From: Auanema rhodensis
Taxonomy: Eukaryota > Animalia > Nematoda
DNA: 64,000 nucleotides
Direction: 5' to 3'
Assembly: GCA_964057225.1 (NCBI GenBank)
Contig: OZ059897.1
Coordinates: 17,236,001 to 17,300,000 of the forward strand
Below are positions 12,901-28,304 of this stretch, in pieces (positions within the stretch are counted from its first letter, which is position 1; every line of letters starts with the position of its first letter). The notes beneath the pieces were generated by a model, which did no database searches, had not been told where the DNA came from, and worked only from the letters and a program-made list of their open reading frames with translations. The translations under genes were made by a program, and so were the position numbers.

Positions 12901-15900
12901 CGCATCTCTTTATCTTTCACGGGAAGCGAGTTTCATACCAAGTGCACATCACGTGTACATTTAATTAGCATAAATTAAAGTTCACGTAAATTTCAAAATC
13001 ATGGTTACCATGCACCAATATCAATAAAAATTTGTTTTCAGACTAATATGGACATGGGGAATCTAATTTTGAAAACCGCATCTCTTCATCTTTCACGGGA
13101 AGCGAGTTACATACCAAGTACACATCGCGTGTACATTTTATTAGCATAAATTGAAGTTCACGTAAATTTCAAAGTCATGGTTACCATGCATCAATATCAA
13201 TAAAATATTGTTTTTAGACTAATATGGACTTGGGGAATCTAATTTTGAGAACCGCATCTCTTTATCTTTCACGGGAAGCGAGTATCATACCAAGTGCACA
13301 TCACGTGTACATTTAATTAGCATAAATTAAAGTTCACGTAAATTTCAAAATCATGGTTACCATGCACCAATATCAATAAAAATTTGTTTTTAGACTAATA
13401 TGGATATGGGGAATCTAATTTTGAAAACCGCATCTCTTCATCTTTCACGGGAAGCGAGTTACATACCAAGTACACATCACGTGTAAATTTAATTAGCATA
13501 AATTAAAGTTCACGTAAATTTCAAAGTCATGGTTACCATGCATCAATATCAATAAAAATTTGTATTCAGACTAATATGGACATGGGGAATCTAATTTTAA
13601 AAACCGCATCTCTTTATCTTTCACGGGAAGCGAGTTTCATACCAAGTGCACATCACGTGTACATTTAATTAGCATAAATTAAAGTTCACGTAAATTTCAA
13701 AATCATGGTTACCATGCACCAATATCAATAAAAATTTGTTTTCAGAATAATATGGACATGGGGAATCTAATTTTGAAAACCGCATCTCTTCATCTTTCAC
13801 GGGAAGCGAGTTACATACCAAGTACACATCACGTGTACATTTAATTAGCATAAATTAAAGTTCACGTAAATTTCAAAGTCATGGTTACCATGCACCAATA
13901 TCAATAAAAAATTGTTTTTAGACTAAGATGGACATGGGGAATCTAATTTTGAAAACCGCATCTTTTCATCTTTCACGGGAAGCGAGTTACATACCGAGTG
14001 CACATCGCGTGTACATTTAATTAGCATAAATTAAAGTTCACGTAAATTTCAAAGTCATGGTTACCATGCATCAATATCAATAAAATATTGTTTTTAGACT
14101 AATATGGACTCGGGGATTCTAATTTTGAAAACCGCATCTCTTTATCTTTCACGGGAAGCGAGTTTCATACCAAGTGCACATCACGTGTACATTTAATTAG
14201 CATAAATTAAAGTTCACGTAAATTTCAAAGTCATGGTTACCATGCACCAATATCAATGAAAATTTCTTTTTAGACTAATATGGACTTGGGGAATCTAATT
14301 TTGAAAACCGCATCTCTTTATCTTTCACGGGAAGCGAGTTTCATACCAAGTGCACATCACGTGTACATTTAATTAGCAAAATTGAAGTTCACGTAAATTT
14401 AAAATCATGGTTACCATGCACCAATATCAATAAAAATTTGTTTTTAGACTAATATGGACATGGGGAATCTAATTTTGAAAACCGCATCTCTTTATCTTTC
14501 ACGGGAAGCGAGTTACATACCGAGTGCACATCACGTGTACATTTAATTAGCATAAATTAAAGTTCACGTAAATTTCAAAGTCATGGTTACCATGCATCAA
14601 TATCAATAAAAATTTGTATTCAGACTAATATGGACATGGGGAATCTAATTTTAAAAACCGCATCTCTTTATCTTTCACGGGAAGCGAGTTTCATACCAAG
14701 TGCACATCACGTGTACATTTAATTAGCATAAATTAAAGTTCACGTAAATTTCAAAATCATGGTTACCATGCACCAATATCAATAAAAATTTGTTTTCAGA
14801 ATAATATGGACATGGGGAATCTAATTTTGAAAACCGCATCTCTTCATCTTTCACGGGAAGCGAGTTACATACCAAGTACACATCACGTGTACATTTAATT
14901 AGCATAAATTAAAGTTCACGTAAATTTCAAAGTCATGGTTACCATGCACCAATATCAATAAAAAATTGTTTTTAGACTAAGATGGACATGGGGAATCTAA
15001 TTTTGAAAACCGCATCTTTTCATCTTTCACGGGAAGCGAGTTACATACCGAGTGCACATCGCGTGTACATTTAATTAGCATAAATTAAAGTTCACGTAAA
15101 TTTCAAAGTCATGGTTACCATGCATCAATATCAATAAAATATTGTTTTTAGACTAATATGGACTCGGGGATTCTAATTTTGAAAACCGCATCTCTTTATC
15201 TTTCACGGGAAGCGAGTTTCATACCAAGTGCACATCACGTGTACATTTAATTAGCATAAATTAAAGTTCACGTAAATTTCAAAGTCATGGTTACCATGCA
15301 CCAATATCAATGAAAATTTCTTTTTAGACTAATATGGACTTGGGGAATCTAATTTTGAAAACCGCATCTCTTTATCTTTCACGGGAAGCGAGTTTCATAC
15401 CAAGTGCACATCACGTGTACATTTAATTAGCATAAATTGAAGTTCACGTAAATTTAAAATCATGGTTACCATGCACCAATATCAATAAAAATTTGTTTTT
15501 AGACTAATATAGACATGGGGAATCTAATTTTGAAAACCGCATCTCTTTATCTTTCACGGGAAGCGAGTTACATACCGAGTGCACATCACGTGTACATTTA
15601 ATTAGCATAAATTAAAGTTCACGTAAATTTCAAAGTCATGGTTACCATGCACCAATATCAATGAAAATTTGTTTTTAGACTAATATGGACATGGGGAATC
15701 TAATTTTAAAAACCGCATCTCTTTATCTTTCACGGGAAGCGAGTTATATACCAAGGGCACATCACGTGTACATTTAATTAGCATAAATTAAAGTTCACGT
15801 AAATTTCAAAGTCATGGTTACCATGCACCAATATCAATAAAAATTTGTTTTCAGACTAATATGGACATGGGGAATCTAATTTTGAAAACCGCATCTCTTC

Positions 15901-18900
15901 ATCTTTCACGGGAAGCGAGTTACATACCAAGTACACATCGCGTGTACATTTAATTAGCATAAATTGAAGTTCACGTGAATTTCAAAGTCATGGTTACCAT
16001 GCACCAATATGAATAAAAATTTGTTTTTAGACTAATGTGGACATGGGAAATCTAATTTTGAAAACCGCATCTCTTTATCTTTCACGGGAAGCGAGATACA
16101 TACCGAGTGCACATCGCGTGTACATTTAATTAGCATAAATTAAAGTTCACGTAAATTTCAAAGTCATGGTTGCCATGCACCAATATCAATAAAAATTTGG
16201 TTTTAGACTAATATGGATATGGGGAATCTAATTGTGAAAACCGCATCTCTTTATCTTTCACGGGAAGCGAGTTTCATACCAAGTGCACATCACGTGTACA
16301 TTTAATTAGCATAAATTAAAGTTCACGTAAATTTCAAAATCATGGTTACCATGCACCAATATCAATAAAAATTTGTTTTCAGACTAATATGGACATGGGG
16401 AATCTAATTTTGAAAACCGCATCTCTTCATCTTTCACGGGAAGCGAGTTACATACCAAGTACACATCGCGTGTACATTTTATTAGCATAAATTGAAGTTC
16501 ACGTGAATTTCAAAGTCATGGTTACCATGCACCAATATGAATAAGAATTTGTTTTTAGACTAATGTGGACATGGGGAATCTAATTTTGAAAACCGCATCT
16601 CTTTATCTTTCACGGGACGCGAGTTTCATACCAAGTGCACATCACGTGTACATTTAATTAGCATAAATTAAAGTTCACGTAAATTTCAAAGTCATGGTTA
16701 CCATGCACCAATATTAATAAAATATTGTTTTTAGACTAATATGGACTTGGGGAATCTAATTTTGAAAACCGCATCTCTTTATCTTTCACGGGAAGCGAGT
16801 TTCATACCAAGTGCACATCACGTGTACATTTAATTAGCATAAATTAAAGTTCACGTAAATTTCGAAGTCATGGTTACCATGCACTAATATCAATGAAAAT
16901 TTGGTTTTAGACTAATATGGACATGGGGAATCTAATTTTGAAAACCGCATCTTTTCATCTTTCACGGGAAGCGAGTTACATACCGAGTGCACATCGCGTG
17001 TACATTTAATTAGCATAAATTAAAGTTCACGTAAATTTCAAAGTCATGGTTACCATGCATCAATATCAATAAAATATTGTTTTTAGACTAATATGGACTC
17101 GGGGATTCTAATTTTGAAAACCGCATCTCTTTATCTTTCACGGGAAGCGAGTTTCATACCAAGTGCACATCACGTGTACATTTAATTAGCATAAATTAAA
17201 GTTCACGTAAATTTCAAAGTCATGGTTACCATGCACCAATATCAATGAAAATTTCTTTTTAGACTAATATGGACTTGGGGAATCTAATTTTGAAAACCGC
17301 ATCTCTTTATCTTTCACGGGAAGCGAGTTTCATACCAAGTGCACATCACGTGTACATTTAATTAGCATAAATTGAAGTTCACGTAAATTTAAAATCATGG
17401 TTACCATGCACCAATATCAATAAAAATTTGTTTTTAGACTAATGTGGACATGGGAAATCTAATTTTGAAAACCGCATCTCTTTATCTTTCACGGGAAGCG
17501 AGTTTCATACCAAGTGCACATCACGTGTACATTTAATTAGCATAAATTAAAGTTCACGTAAATTTCAAAATCATGGTTACCATGCACCAATATCAATAAA
17601 AATTTGTTTTCAGACTAATATGGACATGGGGAATCTAATTTTGAAAACCGCATCTCTTCATCTTTCACGGGAAGCGAGTTACATACCAAGTACACATCGC
17701 GTGTACATTTAATTAGCATAAATTGAAGTTCACGTGAATTTCAAAGTCATGGTTACCATGCACCAATATGAATAAAAATTTGTTTTTAGACTAATGTGGA
17801 CATGGGAAATCTAATTTTGAAAACCGCATCTCTTTATCTTTCACGGGAAGCGAGATACATACCGAGTGCACATCGCGTGTACATTTAATTAGCATAAATT
17901 AAAGTTCACGTAAATTTCAAAGTCATGGTTGCCATGCACCAATATCAATAAAAATTTGGTTTTAGACTAATATGGATATGGGGAATCTAATTGTGAAAAC
18001 CGCATCTCTTTATCTTTCACGGGAAGCGAGTTTCATACCAAGTGCACATCACGTGTACATTTAATTAGCATAAATTAAAGTTCACGTAAATTTCAAAATC
18101 ATGGTTACCATGCACCAATATCAATAAAAATTTGTTTTCAGACTAATATGGACATGGGGAATCTAATTTTGAAAACCGCATCTCTTCATCTTTCACGGGA
18201 AGCGAGTTACATACCAAGTACACATCGCGTGTACATTTTATTAGCATAAATTGAAGTTCACGTGAATTTCAAAGTCATGGTTACCATGCACCAATATGAA
18301 TAAGAATTTGTTTTTAGACTAATGTGGACATGGGGAATCTAATTTTGAAAACCGCATCTCTTTATCTTTCACGGGACGCGAGTTTCATACCAAGTGCACA
18401 TCACGTGTACATTTAATTAGCATAAATTAAAGTTCACGTAAATTTCAAAGTCATGGTTACCATGCACCAATATTAATAAAATATTGTTTTTAGACTAATA
18501 TGGACTTGGGGAATCTAATTTTGAAAACCGCATCTCTTTATCTTTCACGGGAAGCGAGTTTCATACCAAGTGCACATCACGTGTACATTTAATTAGCATA
18601 AATTAAAGTTCACGTAAATTTCGAAGTCATGGTTACCATGCACTAATATCAATGAAAATTTGGTTTTAGACTAATATGGACATGGGGAATCTAATTTTGA
18701 AAACCGCATCTTTTCATCTTTCACGGGAAGCGAGTTACATACCGAGTGCACATCGCGTGTACATTTAATTAGCATAAATTAAAGTTCACGTAAATTTCAA
18801 AGTCATGGTTACCATGCATCAATATCAATAAAATATTGTTTTTAGACTAATATGGACTCGGGGATTCTAATTTTGAAAACCGCATCTCTTTATCTTTCAC

Positions 18901-21900
18901 GGGAAGCGAGTTTCATACCAAGTGCACATCACGTGTACATTTAATTAGCATAAATTAAAGTTCACGTAAATTTCAAAGTCATGGTTACCATGCACCAATA
19001 TCAATAAAAATTTGTTTTTAGACTAATATGGACATGGGGAATCTAATTTTGAAAACCGCATCTCTTTATCTTTCACGGGAAGCAAGTTACATACCGAGTG
19101 CACATCACGTGTACATTTAATTAGCATAAATTAAAGTTCACGTAAATTTCAAAGTCATGGTTACCATGCACCAATATCAATGAAAATTTGTTTTTAGACT
19201 AATATGGACATGGGGAATCTAATTTTAAAAACCGCATCTCTTTATCTTTCACGGGAAGCGAGTTTCATACAAGTGCACATCACGTGTACATTTAATTAGA
19301 ATAAATTGAAGTTCACGTAAATTTCAAAGTCATGGTTACCATGCACCAATATCAATAAAAAATTGTTTTTAGACTAAGATGGACATGGGGAATCTAATTT
19401 TGAAAACCGCATCTCTTTATCTTTCACGGGAAGCGAGTTACATACCAAGGGCACATCACGTGTACATTTAATTAGCATAAATTGAAGTTCACGTAAATTT
19501 CAAAGTCATGGTTACCATGCATCAATATCAATAAAATATTGTTTTTAGACTAATATGGACATGGGGAATCTAATTTTGAAAACCGCATCTCTTTATCTTT
19601 CATGGGAAGCGAGTTACATACCGAGTGCTCATCACGTGTACATTTAATTAGCATAAATTAAAGTTCACGTAAATTTCAAAGTCATGGTTACCATGCATCA
19701 ATATCAATAAAAATTTGGTTTTAGACTAATATGGATATGGGGAATCTAATTGTGAAAACCGCATCTCTTTATCTTTCACGGGAAGCGAGTTTCATACCAA
19801 GGGCACATCACGTGTACATTTAATTAGCATAAATTGAAGTTCACGTAAATTTCAAAGTCATGGTTACCATGCATCAATATCAATAAAATATTGTTTTTAG
19901 ACTAATATGGACATGGGGAATCTAATTTTGAAAACCGCATCTCTTTATCTTTCATGGGAAGCGAGTTACATACCGAGTGCTCATCACGTGTACATTTAAT
20001 TAGCATAAATTAAAGTTCACGTAAATTTCAAAGTCATGGTTACCATGCATCAATATCAATAAAAATTTGGTTTTAGACTAATATGGATATGGGGAATCTA
20101 ATTGTGAAAACCGCATCTCTTTATCTTTCACGGGAAGCGAGTTTCATACCAAGTGCACATCACGTGTACATTTAATTAGCATAAATTAAAGTTCACGTAA
20201 ATTTCAAAATCATGGTTACCATGCACCAATATCAATAAAAATTTGTTTTCAGACTAATATGGACATGGGGAATCTAATTTTGAAAACCGCATCTCTTCAT
20301 CTTTCACGGGAAGCGAGTTACATACCAAGTACACATCGCGTGTACATTTTATTAGCATAAATTGAAGTTCACGTAAATTTCAAAGTCATGGTTACCATGC
20401 ATCAATATCAATAAAATATTGTTTTTAGACTAATATGGACTTGGGGAATCTAATTTTGAGAACCGCATCTCTTTATCTTTCACGGGAAGCGAGTATCATA
20501 CCAAGTGCACATCACGTGTACATTTAATTAGCATAAATTAAAGTTCACGTAAATTTCAAAATCATGGTTACCATGCACCAATATCAATAAAAATTTGTTT
20601 TTAGACTAATATGGATATGGGGAATCTAATTTTGAAAACCGCATCTCTTCATCTTTCACGGGAAGCGAGTTACATACCAAGTACACATCACGTGTAAATT
20701 TAATTAGCATAAATTAAAGTTCACGTAAATTTCAAAGTCATGGTTACCATGCATCAATATCAATAAAAATTTGTATTCAGACTAATATGGACATGGGGAA
20801 TCTAATTTTAAAAACCGCATCTCTTTATCTTTCACGGGAAGCGAGTTTCATACCAAGTGCACATCACGTGTACATTTAATTAGCATAAATTAAAGTTCAC
20901 GTAAATTTCAAAATCATGGTTACCATGCACCAATATCAATAAAAATTTGTTTTCAGAATAATATGGACATGGGGAATCTAATTTTGAAAACCGCATCTCT
21001 TCATCTTTCACGGGAAGCGAGTTACATACCAAGTACACATCACGTGTACATTTAATTAGCATAAATTAAAGTTCACGTAAATTTCAAAGTCATGGTTACC
21101 ATGCACCAATATCAATAAAAAATTGTTTTTAGACTAAGATGGACATGGGGAATCTAATTTTGAAAACCGCATCTTTTCATCTTTCACGGGAAGCGAGTTA
21201 CATACCGAGTGCACATCGCGTGTACATTTAATTAGCATAAATTAAAGTTCACGTAAATTTCAAAGTCATGGTTACCATGCATCAATATCAATAAAATATT
21301 GTTTTTAGACTAATATGGACTCGGGGATTCTAATTTTGAAAACCGCATCTCTTTATCTTTCACGGGAAGCGAGTTTCATACCAAGTGCACATCACGTGTA
21401 CATTTAATTAGCATAAATTAAAGTTCACGTAAATTTCAAAGTCATGGTTACCATGCACCAATATCAATGAAAATTTCTTTTTAGACTAATATGGACTTGG
21501 GGAATCTAATTTTGAAAACCGCATCTCTTTATCTTTCACGGGAAGCGAGTTTCATACCAAGTGCACATCACGTGTACATTTAATTAGCATAAATTGAAGT
21601 TCACGTAAATTTAAAATCATGGTTACCATGCATCAATATCAATAAAAATTTGTATTCAGACTAATATGGACATGGGGAATCTAATTTTAAAAACCGCATC
21701 TCTTTATCTTTCACGGGAAGCGAGTTTCATACCAAGTGCACATCACGTGTACATTTAATTAGCATAAATTAAAGTTCACGTAAATTTCAAAGTCATGGTT
21801 ACCATGCATCAATATCAATAAAAATTTGTATTCAGACTAATATGGACATGGGGAATCTAATTTTAAAAACCGCATCTCTTTATCTTTCACGGGAAGCGAG

Positions 21901-23900
21901 TTTCATACCAAGTGCACATCACGTGTACATTTAATTAGCATAAATTAAAGTTCACGTAAATTTCAAAATCATGGTTACCATGCACCAATATCAATAAAAA
22001 TTTGTTTTCAGAATAATATGGACATGGGGAATCTAATTTTGAAAACCGCATCTCTTCATCTTTCACGGGAAGCGAGTTACATACCAAGTACACATCACGT
22101 GTACATTTAATTAGCATAAATTAAAGTTCACGTAAATTTCAAAGTCATGGTTACCATGCACCAATATCAATAAAAAATTGTTTTTAGACTAAGATGGACA
22201 TGGGGAATCTAATTTTGAAAACCGCATCTTTTCATCTTTCACGGGAAGCGAGTTACATACCGAGTGCACATCGCGTGTACATTTAATTAGCATAAATTAA
22301 AGTTCACGTAAATTTCAAAGTCATGGTTACCATGCATCAATATCAATAAAATATTGTTTTTAGACTAATATGGACTCGGGGATTCTAATTTTGAAAACCG
22401 CATCTCTTTATCTTTCACGGGAAGCGAGTTTCATACCAAGTGCACATCACGTGTACATTTAATTAGCATAAATTAAAGTTCACGTAAATTTCAAAGTCAT
22501 GGTTACCATGCACCAATATCAATGAAAATTTCTTTTTAGACTAATATGGACTTGGGGAATCTAATTTTGAAAACCGCATCTCTTTATCTTTCACGGGAAG
22601 CGAGTTTCATACCAAGTGCACATCACGTGTACATTTAATTAGCATAAATTGAAGTTCACGTAAATTTAAAATCATGGTTACCATGCACCAATATCAATAA
22701 AAATTTGTTTTTAGACTAATATAGACATGGGGAATCTAATTTTGAAAACCGCATCTCTTTATCTTTCACGGGAAGCGAGTTACATACCGAGTGCACATCA
22801 CGTGTACATTTAATTAGCATAAATTAAAGTTCACGTAAATTTCAAAGTCATGGTTACCATGCACCAATATCAATGAAAATTTGTTTTTAGACTAATATGG
22901 ACATGGGGAATCTAATTTTAAAAACCGCATCTCTTTATCTTTCACGGGAAGCGAGTTATATACCAAGGGCACATCACGTGTACATTTAATTAGCATAAAT
23001 TAAAGTTCACGTAAATTTCAAAGTCATGGTTACCATGCACCAATATCAATAAAAATTTGTTTTCAGACTAATATGGACATGGGGAATCTAATTTTGAAAA
23101 CCGCATCTCTTCATCTTTCACGGGAAGCGAGTTACATACCAAGTACACATCGCGTGTACATTTAATTAGCATAAATTGAAGTTCACGTGAATTTCAAAGT
23201 CATGGTTACCATGCACCAATATGAATAAAAATTTGTTTTTAGACTAATGTGGACATGGGAAATCTAATTTTGAAAACCGCATCTCTTTATCTTTCACGGG
23301 AAGCGAGATACATACCGAGTGCACATCGCGTGTACATTTAATTAGCATAAATTAAAGTTCACGTAAATTTCAAAGTCATGGTTGCCATGCACCAATATCA
23401 ATAAAAATTTGGTTTTAGACTAATATGGATATGGGGAATCTAATTGTGAAAACCGCATCTCTTTATCTTTCACGGGAAGCGAGTTTCATACCAAGTGCAC
23501 ATCACGTGTACATTTAATTAGCATAAATTAAAGTTCACGTAAATTTCAAAATCATGGTTACCATGCACCAATATCAATAAAAATTTGTTTTCAGACTAAT
23601 ATGGACATGGGGAATCTAATTTTGAAAACCGCATCTCTTCATCTTTCACGGGAAGCGAGTTACATACCAAGTACACATCGCGTGTACATTTTATTAGCAT
23701 AAATTGAAGTTCACGTGAATTTCAAAGTCATGGTTACCATGCACCAATATGAATAAGAATTTGTTTTTAGACTAATGTGGACATGGGGAATCTAATTTTG
23801 AAAACCGCATCTCTTTATCTTTCACGGGACGCGAGTTTCATACCAAGTGCACATCACGTGTACATTTAATTAGCATAAATTAAAGTTCACGTAAATTTCA
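10000..23900. repeat. ~7.2-kb (41-monomer offset) tandem block duplication; third related copy at ~30.6-35.8 kb
   Basis: Rare SNPs recur at a 7211-7212 bp offset: TTAGAATAAA 12089/19300, TTTGAGAACC 13249/20460, GGGACGCG 11166/18377 and 16618/23830. Third copies lie at 32490 and 33298. Ends approximate. Confidence 0.85.
13532..15640. repeat. Two tandem copies of a 6-monomer (1055-bp) higher-order repeat; recurs near 20.7-22.8, 23.9-28.3, 29.3-30.4 and 33.6-35.7 kb
   Basis: Fixed monomer order: TATTCAG/TTTTAAAA > CAGAATAAT > GACTAAGAT/TTTTCATC > GGACTCGGGGATTC > TTTCTTTTT/GGACTT > TTTAAAATC-deletion monomer. ORF-marker spacings are 1054-1055 bp (13669/14723, 20880/21935, 24046/25101, 26332/27387, 33718/34773). 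Confidence 0.9.
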
Positions 23901-26900
23901 AAGTCATGGTTACCATGCATCAATATCAATAAAAATTTGTATTCAGACTAATATGGACATGGGGAATCTAATTTTAAAAACCGCATCTCTTTATCTTTCA
24001 CGGGAAGCGAGTTTCATACCAAGTGCACATCACGTGTACATTTAATTAGCATAAATTAAAGTTCACGTAAATTTCAAAATCATGGTTACCATGCACCAAT
24101 ATCAATAAAAATTTGTTTTCAGAATAATATGGACATGGGGAATCTAATTTTGAAAACCGCATCTCTTCATCTTTCACGGGAAGCGAGTTACATACCAAGT
24201 ACACATCACGTGTACATTTAATTAGCATAAATTAAAGTTCACGTAAATTTCAAAGTCATGGTTACCATGCACCAATATCAATAAAAAATTGTTTTTAGAC
24301 TAAGATGGACATGGGGAATCTAATTTTGAAAACCGCATCTTTTCATCTTTCACGGGAAGCGAGTTACATACCGAGTGCACATCGCGTGTACATTTAATTA
24401 GCATAAATTAAAGTTCACGTAAATTTCAAAGTCATGGTTACCATGCATCAATATCAATAAAATATTGTTTTTAGACTAATATGGACTCGGGGATTCTAAT
24501 TTTGAAAACCGCATCTCTTTATCTTTCACGGGAAGCGAGTTTCATACCAAGTGCACATCACGTGTACATTTAATTAGCATAAATTAAAGTTCACGTAAAT
24601 TTCAAAGTCATGGTTACCATGCACCAATATCAATGAAAATTTCTTTTTAGACTAATATGGACTTGGGGAATCTAATTTTGAAAACCGCATCTCTTTATCT
24701 TTCACGGGAAGCGAGTTTCATACCAAGTGCACATCACGTGTACATTTAATTAGCATAAATTGAAGTTCACGTAAATTTAAAATCATGGTTACCATGCACC
24801 AATATCAATAAAAATTTGTTTTTAGACTAATATGGACATGGGGAATCTAATTTTGAAAACCGCATCTCTTTATCTTTCACGGGAAGCGAGTTACATACCG
24901 AGTGCACATCACGTGTACATTTAATTAGCATAAATTAAAGTTCACGTAAATTTCAAAGTCATGGTTACCATGCATCAATATCAATAAAAATTTGTATTCA
25001 GACTAATATGGACATGGGGAATCTAATTTTAAAAACCGCATCTCTTTATCTTTCACGGGAAGCGAGTTTCATACCAAGTGCACATCACGTGTACATTTAA
25101 TTAGCATAAATTAAAGTTCACGTAAATTTCAAAATCATGGTTACCATGCACCAATATCAATAAAAATTTGTTTTCAGAATAATATGGACATGGGGAATCT
25201 AATTTTGAAAACCGCATCTCTTCATCTTTCACGGGAAGCGAGTTACATACCAAGTACACATCACGTGTACATTTAATTAGCATAAATTAAAGTTCACGTA
25301 AATTTCAAAGTCATGGTTACCATGCACCAATATCAATAAAAAATTGTTTTTAGACTAAGATGGACATGGGGAATCTAATTTTGAAAACCGCATCTTTTCA
25401 TCTTTCACGGGAAGCGAGTTACATACCGAGTGCACATCGCGTGTACATTTAATTAGCATAAATTAAAGTTCACGTAAATTTCAAAGTCATGGTTACCATG
25501 CATCAATATCAATAAAATATTGTTTTTAGACTAATATGGACTCGGGGATTCTAATTTTGAAAACCGCATCTCTTTATCTTTCACGGGAAGCGAGTTTCAT
25601 ACCAAGTGCACATCACGTGTACATTTAATTAGCATAAATTAAAGTTCACGTAAATTTCAAAGTCATGGTTACCATGCACCAATATCAATGAAAATTTCTT
25701 TTTAGACTAATATGGACTTGGGGAATCTAATTTTGAAAACCGCATCTCTTTATCTTTCACGGGAAGCGAGTTTCATACCAAGTGCACATCACGTGTACAT
25801 TTAATTAGCATAAATTGAAGTTCACGTAAATTTAAAATCATGGTTACCATGCACCAATATCAATAAAAATTTGTTTTTAGACTAATATAGACATGGGGAA
25901 TCTAATTTTGAAAACCGCATCTCTTTATCTTTCACGGGAAGCGAGTTACATACCGAGTGCACATCACGTGTACATTTAATTAGCATAAATTAAAGTTCAC
26001 GTAAATTTCAAAGTCATGGTTACCATGCACCAATATGAATAAGAATTTGTTTTTAGACTAATGTGGACATGGGGAATCTAATTTTGAAAACCGCATCTCT
26101 TTATCTTTCACGGGACGCGAGTTTCATACCAAGTGCACATCACGTGTACATTTAATTAGCATAAATTAAAGTTCACGTAAATTTCAAAGTCATGGTTACC
26201 ATGCATCAATATCAATAAAAATTTGTATTCAGACTAATATGGACATGGGGAATCTAATTTTAAAAACCGCATCTCTTTATCTTTCACGGGAAGCGAGTTT
26301 CATACCAAGTGCACATCACGTGTACATTTAATTAGCATAAATTAAAGTTCACGTAAATTTCAAAATCATGGTTACCATGCACCAATATCAATAAAAATTT
26401 GTTTTCAGAATAATATGGACATGGGGAATCTAATTTTGAAAACCGCATCTCTTCATCTTTCACGGGAAGCGAGTTACATACCAAGTACACATCACGTGTA
26501 CATTTAATTAGCATAAATTAAAGTTCACGTAAATTTCAAAGTCATGGTTACCATGCACCAATATCAATAAAAAATTGTTTTTAGACTAAGATGGACATGG
26601 GGAATCTAATTTTGAAAACCGCATCTTTTCATCTTTCACGGGAAGCGAGTTACATACCGAGTGCACATCGCGTGTACATTTAATTAGCATAAATTAAAGT
26701 TCACGTAAATTTCAAAGTCATGGTTACCATGCATCAATATCAATAAAATATTGTTTTTAGACTAATATGGACTCGGGGATTCTAATTTTGAAAACCGCAT
26801 CTCTTTATCTTTCACGGGAAGCGAGTTTCATACCAAGTGCACATCACGTGTACATTTAATTAGCATAAATTAAAGTTCACGTAAATTTCAAAGTCATGGT

Positions 26901-28304
26901 TACCATGCACCAATATCAATGAAAATTTCTTTTTAGACTAATATGGACTTGGGGAATCTAATTTTGAAAACCGCATCTCTTTATCTTTCACGGGAAGCGA
27001 GTTTCATACCAAGTGCACATCACGTGTACATTTAATTAGCATAAATTGAAGTTCACGTAAATTTAAAATCATGGTTACCATGCACCAATATCAATAAAAA
27101 TTTGTTTTTAGACTAATATGGACATGGGGAATCTAATTTTGAAAACCGCATCTCTTTATCTTTCACGGGAAGCGAGTTACATACCGAGTGCACATCACGT
27201 GTACATTTAATTAGCATAAATTAAAGTTCACGTAAATTTCAAAGTCATGGTTACCATGCATCAATATCAATAAAAATTTGTATTCAGACTAATATGGACA
27301 TGGGGAATCTAATTTTAAAAACCGCATCTCTTTATCTTTCACGGGAAGCGAGTTTCATACCAAGTGCACATCACGTGTACATTTAATTAGCATAAATTAA
27401 AGTTCACGTAAATTTCAAAATCATGGTTACCATGCACCAATATCAATAAAAATTTGTTTTCAGAATAATATGGACATGGGGAATCTAATTTTGAAAACCG
27501 CATCTCTTCATCTTTCACGGGAAGCGAGTTACATACCAAGTACACATCACGTGTACATTTAATTAGCATAAATTAAAGTTCACGTAAATTTCAAAGTCAT
27601 GGTTACCATGCACCAATATCAATAAAAAATTGTTTTTAGACTAAGATGGACATGGGGAATCTAATTTTGAAAACCGCATCTTTTCATCTTTCACGGGAAG
27701 CGAGTTACATACCGAGTGCACATCGCGTGTACATTTAATTAGCATAAATTAAAGTTCACGTAAATTTCAAAGTCATGGTTACCATGCATCTATATCAATA
27801 AAATATTGTTTTTAGACTAATATGGACTCGGGGATTCTAATTTTGAAAACCGCATCTCTTTATCTTTCACGGGAAGCGAGTTTCATACCAAGTGCACATC
27901 ACGTGTACATTTAATTAGCATAAATTAAAGTTCACGTAAATTTCAAAGTCATGGTTACCATGCACCAATATCAATGAAAATTTCTTTTTAGACTAATATG
28001 GACTTGGGGAATCTAATTTTGAAAACCGCATCTCTTTATCTTTCACGGGAAGCGAGTTTCATACCAAGTGCACATCACGTGTACATTTAATTAGCATAAA
28101 TTGAAGTTCACGTAAATTTAAAATCATGGTTACCATGCACCAATATCAATAAAAATTTGTTTTTAGACTAATATAGACATGGGGAATCTAATTTTGAAAA
28201 CCGCATCTCTTTATCTTTCACGGGAAGCGAGTTACATACCGAGTGCACATCACGTGTACATTTAATTAGCATAAATTAAAGTTCACGTAAATTTCAAAGT
28301 CATG
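23733..28304. repeat. 13-monomer (2286-bp) tandem duplication, each unit being one GGGACGCG monomer plus two 6-mers
   Basis: The GGGACGCG SNP at 23830/26116 and the ORF markers 24046/26332 and 25101/27387 are all offset by 2286. Confidence 0.85.
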